This document shows, piece after piece, positions 58,501-64,000 of a DNA stretch of 64,000 bases; position 1 is the stretch's first letter; every line of letters begins with the position of its first letter. A model generated the notes under the pieces. The model searched no databases. It had not been told where the DNA came from and saw only the letters and a list, made by a program, of their open reading frames with translations. The translations under genes were made by a program, and so were the position numbers. Source of the stretch: an uncultured Acidobacteriota bacterium (GTDB lineage: Bacteria; Acidobacteriota; Vicinamibacteria; Vicinamibacterales; UBA8438). The stretch lies in the NCBI GenBank assembly GCA_913043225.1, contig CAJWLU010000003.1:1-64000 (forward strand), given 5' to 3'.

Positions 58501-60648
58501 CTATTCAGCCAGCGGGTGCGGGCGGATCTGGAACTTCACCAGGTTGCCCGGCTCGGCCGGTCCTCCTTCGACGTGCCACGCGGCGTCGGCACCATAGGTG
58601 GCGTAGAGGCCGCGGCCCTTCCAGCCGCCGTCCGGGTCGTCTATGCGGCCGTCGACGCCGCGGCTGTGGAAGCCCATCGGGTACGGCACCCGCATTACCA
58701 CCCACTCACCGCTCTCGGGGAGCAGTGCGAGCAGCGAGTCAGAGCTTGAGCCGTTGGCGATCGGGATGTTGTCTCCGAGCCCCAGCGTGTTGAACTGGTC
58801 CACCCAGTTGTAATAGTGGAAGTCGGTGCCGATGTCGGTGCCCCGGAAGTTGGGCCCAGGCGCTTTGTAGAAGGTCCAGCCCTCGTCGCACTGTCGACCG
58901 TTGCGCATCTCCGGTCCGCCGAATACGGTGCACTTCGATCGGTCGAAACTGGCGAAGTGGCTGCTGCCGGCCAGTGCCGCCCAGAGCACGCCGTTGCGGT
59001 CAACGTCGAGCCCGCGTGTCCGGTAACCCTGCTCCGCCGGTACGCTATAGAACTCGGTGAGGCAGGTTTCCGGCGGGTCGTCGCCCTTCTCCATTCGGAC
59101 CAGCTTGCCCGGGTAGTCATCCGACACGGCCCACACCGCATCGTCGAGCGGGTTGGTGATGACCGCGTAGGCCCCCACCAGGATACGGGTGTCGAGCGCG
59201 GGGTCGAAGGTGGCTTCCTGGTCGCGCCGGGCCGGTTCGTTCCACGGCCGAGTGATCTTGCCATCGCCGTTGGTGTCGATGACGGTCGGGCACCAGCCCT
59301 GGGAGGCTCGCTCGTCGCCGGTCTCGTCATACATCTTCACGTCGAGCCAGCCGATAACGTTCCGGTCGCCGCTGAAGTAGAGCGTGTCGTTGGCGTCCTC
59401 GGCGAACTGTAGGTGGTGGGTGCTGAAGCAGGTGTGAATCAGCACGAACTTCTGCTTCTCGGGGTCGAAGTAGCCGGTGTGTCGTCCTGCCCGAGTCATA
59501 GGGAAGTTCTGGGCGTAGGGGTTGTCCGACCCCTCCCGGCACCAGTTGGGGTTGTCGACCTCCTGCACGCGTGTGGTCAGCCAGACCCGTCCGTGCTGGT
59601 CGAGCATCGGGTTATGCGGGTTGGCCGGGTCTACCCAGATCGCTTCGGAGCCGAAGTCACGCCAGGGCTCGAACCCCTCCGTCTGGAACATCGACGGTAT
59701 GGTGTCGCGGGGAACACGCAGCGGGATCTGGAGCATGGTCGATTGATGCACGTTGGGATCGGTGATGAGCAGGAAGTCGTTGCCGATGTCCACGCCGTAG
59801 ATCGGACCGTTGGCGTTGACCGTCGGGTTCCGCTTGTCGGTGGCGATCTCGTCGTGCACGAAGGCGACGTTATTGCCCCAGTTCCACTGGGTGAGCACGA
59901 CGTTACGCTCGATGCCTTGGGGACGCGGCGGCACCGGAGGCGCCTCCCCAGCCGCGATCCGGCTGCTCCAGTCCGAGAGCATTGCCAGCCCGCGCTCACG
60001 GCCCCACTGTGTGATGAAGCTGGTCATCAGCGACCCGCGCTGGCCTCGCCGGGTGCGGTGGTCCCAGGCCGCCGCTGTTGAGTCGAACTGATCGAGGTCT
60101 GGCACCACTCGGGTCCGTTCGTTGCCGACCTGGTGGCAGCGCTGGCAGCCCTTGAGCACGTTGATCCACTCGCTCTGGCTTCCGAGGCGTTCGTTGATGC
60201 CGTTGCCGTCGACGCCGGTTCCTGGGAACTCGTGTGCCTCGGGTAGGTTAATGAGCGACAGCCAGTAGGTCGACGGGTAGACCTGCGCCGCTTCCTGCGG
60301 GGTCGCGGCCACGGTGGCCGTCAGCTCCAGTTCTGCGCCCGGCCGCGCTTCGGTATGTCCCGAGTCGACCAGGCCATAGCCTCGGACCCAGACCTCGAAG
60401 ATGACGTCGGGTAGCTCCGGCAGCAGGAAGCGGCCGTCGTCGTCGGTGACCACGATCTTCCGGTAGACGGTCTCGAGCTCGTCGGTTTCGGCGATTACCC
60501 AGACGCCGGCCTCCGGGCCCACGCTGCTGGTTACCTGTCCCCGGATCACTCCGGTGTTTTCCTGGGCGTCTACTGCGACCCAGGACCAGGTCCCGAGTCC
60601 GACCGCTACCAGCCCAATCGCTGCGACGGATCCCACGATCTTATCCAT
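58501..60648 (-). CDS. Secreted protein: carboxypeptidase-regulatory-like domain, c-type heme motif, predicted beta-propeller
   Basis: GPEAGVWVIAET, VWVRGYGLVDS, CQRCH, His-rich motifs NPHNPM and STHHLQF. Confidence 0.8.
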   Translation of the reverse strand: MDKIVGSVAAIGLVAVGLGTWSWVAVDAQENTGVIRGQVTSSVGPEAGVWVIAETDELETVYRKIVVTDDDGRFLLPELPDVIFEVWVRGYGLVDSGHTEARPGAELELTATVAATPQEAAQVYPSTYWLSLINLPEAHEFPGTGVDGNGINERLGSQSEWINVLKGCQRCHQVGNERTRVVPDLDQFDSTAAAWDHRTRRGQRGSLMTSFITQWGRERGLAMLSDWSSRIAAGEAPPVPPRPQGIERNVVLTQWNWGNNVAFVHDEIATDKRNPTVNANGPIYGVDIGNDFLLITDPNVHQSTMLQIPLRVPRDTIPSMFQTEGFEPWRDFGSEAIWVDPANPHNPMLDQHGRVWLTTRVQEVDNPNWCREGSDNPYAQNFPMTRAGRHTGYFDPEKQKFVLIHTCFSTHHLQFAEDANDTLYFSGDRNVIGWLDVKMYDETGDERASQGWCPTVIDTNGDGKITRPWNEPARRDQEATFDPALDTRILVGAYAVITNPLDDAVWAVSDDYPGKLVRMEKGDDPPETCLTEFYSVPAEQGYRTRGLDVDRNGVLWAALAGSSHFASFDRSKCTVFGGPEMRNGRQCDEGWTFYKAPGPNFRGTDIGTDFHYYNWVDQFNTLGLGDNIPIANGSSSDSLLALLPESGEWVVMRVPYPMGFHSRGVDGRIDDPDGGWKGRGLYATYGADAAWHVEGGPAEPGNLVKFQIRPHPLAE

Positions 60649-60678
60649 CGTCGTCTCCTGTCTCCTGAGTTCTTCGTG

Positions 60679-62286
60679 TCACTCCGTGCCCCGGTCGCTG
60701 ATGCCCCCGAGGTTTCGAAGCAGAGTCACCGTCTCCGGCCAGGCCTTCTCCGTGTTGGCCACGAAGACACCCTCGGCCACCATCAGTGGTGTCCATCCCA
60801 GGGCGTTCCTGGCGTTTATATCGGCGCCCTCGTCGAGAAGGTACTGCACGATCTGGTTCGCTCCGATCATCGCGGCGCCGTGCAGCGCCGTGCTGCCGTG
60901 CCACCGCATGTCTCCACGGTCGCGCTGGGCATCGAGCTGCGCCAGGTTGAGCGGGTGCCGCAGGAGCAGTGTCAGCCCGTCGCCTTCGAGCTCGGTGTCG
61001 CCGAAGTCGGTGGCCGTATAGACGTCGCCGCCGAGCGAGTGCGCCAGTCGTACCGCTTGCAGCCGGGTCGCCTCGGGGGTGCCGTTGTTCGGCCCGGGGC
61101 TCTCGCCGTCCCAGAAGCCGACGCCGGCCGCCGCCATCATCGGTGACACCCCCTGGGCGGTCGGTGACAAGACGTCGGCGCCGTGCTCGGCGAGGAGCTG
61201 CATGTAGTCGACGTCGGCATGCTTGGCGGCCAGGTAGAACGGCGTCGCTCCGACGAAGCTCAAAAAGTTCCGGCCCACCGAAATCCCAGACGGGCCGCGG
61301 ACCACGCCTAAGTCGACTTCGAACGGGACCTCCTCCCACTCAACGCGACGGTTCGGTTCGGCTCCTGACTCGAGCACCGCCCGCGCCAGCTCTAGGCTGT
61401 CGGTCATGCCGGTCGGCAGCGGTGGTCGTCCGGACCCCGGACGTCGAACCCACGAGAGTGCGTGCAGAATCGAGCCTCGTCGGTCTGGCAGGTTCGGGTC
61501 CCCACCCGCTTCGAGCAGCGTCAGGCCGAGCTCAAAATGAGCGTTCAGCACCGACGCCACGAGTGGCGTGGTCCCGTCACGAGCTGGAGCGTTAACGTCG
61601 GCGCCGGCGGCCAGCAGCGCTCGCACCGCGTCGATGTGCCCCTCGCGTACCGCGAATAGCAGCGGTGTCAGCGCGTCAGCCGACCGGGCCTCGACGTCGG
61701 CATCGGCGGCAGCCAGGGTCGTGATCGCCTCGGCGTTGCCGGCCTCGGCGGCCCACATCAACGCCGTCTGGTTCTGCCAGCTTTCGCTGGCGTTCACTGC
61801 CGCCCCGGCGGAGAGGAGCGCGTCGATTACGGGGACCCGGCCCGTGCGGGAGGCCAGCATCAAGGGGCTGTCGCCGCCCGGACTCGCGGTGTTGACCTCG
61901 GCCCCGGCGTCGAGCAGAAGCCGTACCATCCCTAGGCTGCCGTTGGTGGCGGCCAGCGTTAGCGGGGTTACCCCGTAGCGGTTCGTCGCCTCGGCGGTGG
62001 CGCCCGCCCCGACCAGTGCGCGGGCGATCTCGACCGCATCGGACTCGGCCGCCCAGTGGAGCGCGGTCGTGCCGTCCGGTCCGGAGGCATCGGGAGATGT
62101 ACCGTCGCCGAGAAGGCGTCGTACGGTACCGGTATCGCCCAGCTGGATCGCGTCGAGGAGCGCGAGCGCGGGGTCCTGTCCTGCCCTGGCGCCTGCCGCG
62201 GTCAGCGTCAGCGCCAGGGAGAGGAGGATCCGCGTCGAGAGGAAGCGCGGTCGGGTGTTGTTAGGCATTTCGAACCCCCGGGCCAT
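60679..62286 (-). CDS. Secreted ankyrin-repeat protein
   Basis: Repeats TALHWAA, TPLTLAA, SPLMLAS, TALMWAA, TPLLFAV, TPFYLAA, TALHGAA, TPLMVA. Confidence 0.92.
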   Translation of the reverse strand: MARGFEMPNNTRPRFLSTRILLSLALTLTAAGARAGQDPALALLDAIQLGDTGTVRRLLGDGTSPDASGPDGTTALHWAAESDAVEIARALVGAGATAEATNRYGVTPLTLAATNGSLGMVRLLLDAGAEVNTASPGGDSPLMLASRTGRVPVIDALLSAGAAVNASESWQNQTALMWAAEAGNAEAITTLAAADADVEARSADALTPLLFAVREGHIDAVRALLAAGADVNAPARDGTTPLVASVLNAHFELGLTLLEAGGDPNLPDRRGSILHALSWVRRPGSGRPPLPTGMTDSLELARAVLESGAEPNRRVEWEEVPFEVDLGVVRGPSGISVGRNFLSFVGATPFYLAAKHADVDYMQLLAEHGADVLSPTAQGVSPMMAAAGVGFWDGESPGPNNGTPEATRLQAVRLAHSLGGDVYTATDFGDTELEGDGLTLLLRHPLNLAQLDAQRDRGDMRWHGSTALHGAAMIGANQIVQYLLDEGADINARNALGWTPLMVAEGVFVANTEKAWPETVTLLRNLGGISDRGTE

Positions 62287-62423
62287 AACCCGCTACCGAT
62301 GGCAAGGAACGACTATACAATATCTGGGCTGACGCACAGGACATCCGCTGGGAGGTCGGCGGCCGTCTAGCGAGGCCGACCGTTGACACGGAGGCCGCCT
62401 TGGCGGGATAAAGGAACTTCACC

Positions 62424-64000
62424 ATGCAGCATCGAGGTGTGGTTAACGCGGCGGTCGCGTCGCTGGCCGTCGTCGGTGTCTTCCTGCCCGTGGCGGTTGC
62501 GGCGCAGCTAGCTTCGGGCGGGGCCGGTCAGGTGACGGCCACGCTCGATCGCTATTGCGTCGCCTGTCACAACGACCGCCTCCGCACCGCTGAGCTGTCG
62601 CTCGAAGGGCTCGACCTGGCTCGGATTGGCGACCACGCCGAGGTTTGGGAGACGGTGGTGCGCCGGTTGCGGCTACAGACCATGCCGCCAATCGGCCGGC
62701 CTCGTCCCGAGGCCGAGGTCTACGATGCGGTCGCCAGCGAGCTTGAGGCGGCACTCGACCGGCACGCGGCCGACGCGCCCGACCCGGGGCGCCGACCGGC
62801 GTTGCACCGGCTCAGCCGGACCGAGTACCAGAACGCGGTGCGTGACCTACTGGCGTTGGACCACCTGCCGAAGGAGTTCGACATCGGCGTGATGCTGCCG
62901 GCCGACAACGCCACCAGCGGTTTCGACAACCTGGCTGATCTCCTCTTCGTCTCGCCCACGCTGATGGAGCGGTATCTTGGCGCTGCACGGAAGATCAGCC
63001 GTCTCGCGGTCGGCGACTCGACGATGCTTCCGATCGTCGATACCTATCAGCTGGACCGCAATCTCATCCAGGATCGCCACCTTGAGGGGATGCCACTCGG
63101 GACTCGTGGAGGTACTAGGGTTCAGACCTATCTCCCACTCGACGGCGAGTATCTGATCACGGTCGAATTCCCCGGCGCCGTCCGCCAGGAGAGCGATCTT
63201 GATGTCAGCGTCGATGGTGAGCGGGTGGCCCTCCTCACCGTGGGGCGGAACCCTCAGCAACGGGGTGCCAGCGGCGTGTTCACCTTCGAGGCCGAGCCGG
63301 ACGTCGAGACCCGGGTACCGCTCCAGGCTGGTCCACGCGACATCACGGTCGCCTTCTTGCCCAGAAGCGCAGCCGCCTCGGGAGGCGTGGTGCGGTCGGG
63401 TCGGGGCGGGCGAGGCCGTCAGCCATCGATTGCCAGTGTCATCGTGAGCGGGCCGTTCGGGGCTGATGGGGCGGGCGACACCCCCAGCAGGCAGCGTATC
63501 TTCAGCTGCCGGCCGGGTACCGGTGAAGCTTCTGCCGTCCGTGAAGCCTGTGCCCGCGAGATTCTGGCTACCACCGCCCGTCGGGCCTATCGCCGGCCGG
63601 TGAGCGAGGAGGACATCACGCGTCTCCTCCCGTTCTACGAGCAGGGAGTTGAGGAGGGCGGGTTCGAGCGTGGTATCCAGCGGGCGATCGAACGGGTGCT
63701 GGTCAGCCCCGAGTTCCTTTTTCGTATCGAGCGGGACCCGGCCGACGCCGCGACTGACGAGATCTACCAGGTGTCGGAGTTGGAGCTGGCCTCGCGGCTG
63801 TCGTTCTTCCTTTGGGCCAGCATTCCAGATGACCAACTATTGGAGCTGGCCAGTGCGGGGCGTCTGCGCGAGCCCGGTGTGCTCGACGAGCAGGTGCGGA
63901 GAATGCTCGCCGACCCACGGGCCGAGGCGCTGACCACCAACTTCGCCGAGCAGTGGCTGTTCTTGCGAGATATCGAACTGAAGGAGCCCGATGCCGGCTA
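62424..64000 (+). CDS. DUF1592/DUF1587/DUF1595 (Planctomycete cytochrome c) protein, runs off the window
   Basis: Hand translation from ATG 62424: signal peptide, YCVACHN, MPP, HRLSRTEYQNAVRDLL, GFDN, LVSPEFLFR, LASRLSFFLW; absent from the ORF track because no stop occurs in the window. Confidence 0.9.
   Translation, partial: MQHRGVVNAAVASLAVVGVFLPVAVAAQLASGGAGQVTATLDRYCVACHNDRLRTAELSLEGLDLARIGDHAEVWETVVRRLRLQTMPPIGRPRPEAEVYDAVASELEAALDRHAADAPDPGRRPALHRLSRTEYQNAVRDLLALDHLPKEFDIGVMLPADNATSGFDNLADLLFVSPTLMERYLGAARKISRLAVGDSTMLPIVDTYQLDRNLIQDRHLEGMPLGTRGGTRVQTYLPLDGEYLITVEFPGAVRQESDLDVSVDGERVALLTVGRNPQQRGASGVFTFEAEPDVETRVPLQAGPRDITVAFLPRSAAASGGVVRSGRGGRGRQPSIASVIVSGPFGADGAGDTPSRQRIFSCRPGTGEASAVREACAREILATTARRAYRRPVSEEDITRLLPFYEQGVEEGGFERGIQRAIERVLVSPEFLFRIERDPADAATDEIYQVSELELASRLSFFLWASIPDDQLLELASAGRLREPGVLDEQVRRMLADPRAEALTTNFAEQWLFLRDIELKEPDAG

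Noticed and set aside
1..64000. CRISPR arrays, rRNA, intact transposases/integrases, prophage genes
   Set aside because: None recognised by eye; no regularly spaced repeat-spacer pattern seen.

Overview
GC-rich bacterial window. Gene content (DUF1592, DUF6152, many PQQ beta-propeller proteins, 'EYACHEGN' proteins, ankyrin) suggests Acidobacteriota, possibly Vicinamibacterales; this is inference. It opens with the housekeeping block ffs-dnaX-ybaB-recR and a tRNA-Asn(GTT). The tRNA appears to be the integration site of a decayed ~8 kb island (5.5-13.6 kb): a serine-recombinase remnant lies beside it and a 19-bp exact copy of the tRNA interior lies at 13610-13628. The island carries a glycosyltransferase-FkbM fusion, a quinohemoprotein alcohol dehydrogenase with an amber codon at its metal-ligand Glu, and an AbgT transporter. 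A second, clearly lower-GC block (~19.55-29.1 kb) encodes a SAM methyltransferase, an FAD oxidase, a cNMP-patatin and an MMPL/LolA-like/beta-barrel trio. The rest is mostly exported redox proteins: five PQQ-type dehydrogenases, a form II coxSLM-like molybdoenzyme, cytochromes c, AlgI/AlgJ O-acyltransferases and an ABC importer. The best candidate for an undescribed system is the 38.2-43.3 kb operon: DUF6152 (predicted mature N-terminal His-His), a Cys-pair partner protein, and two tandem secreted fusions of double-VOC and 'EYACHEGN' domains. All family assignments come from motif recognition by eye; no searches were run.
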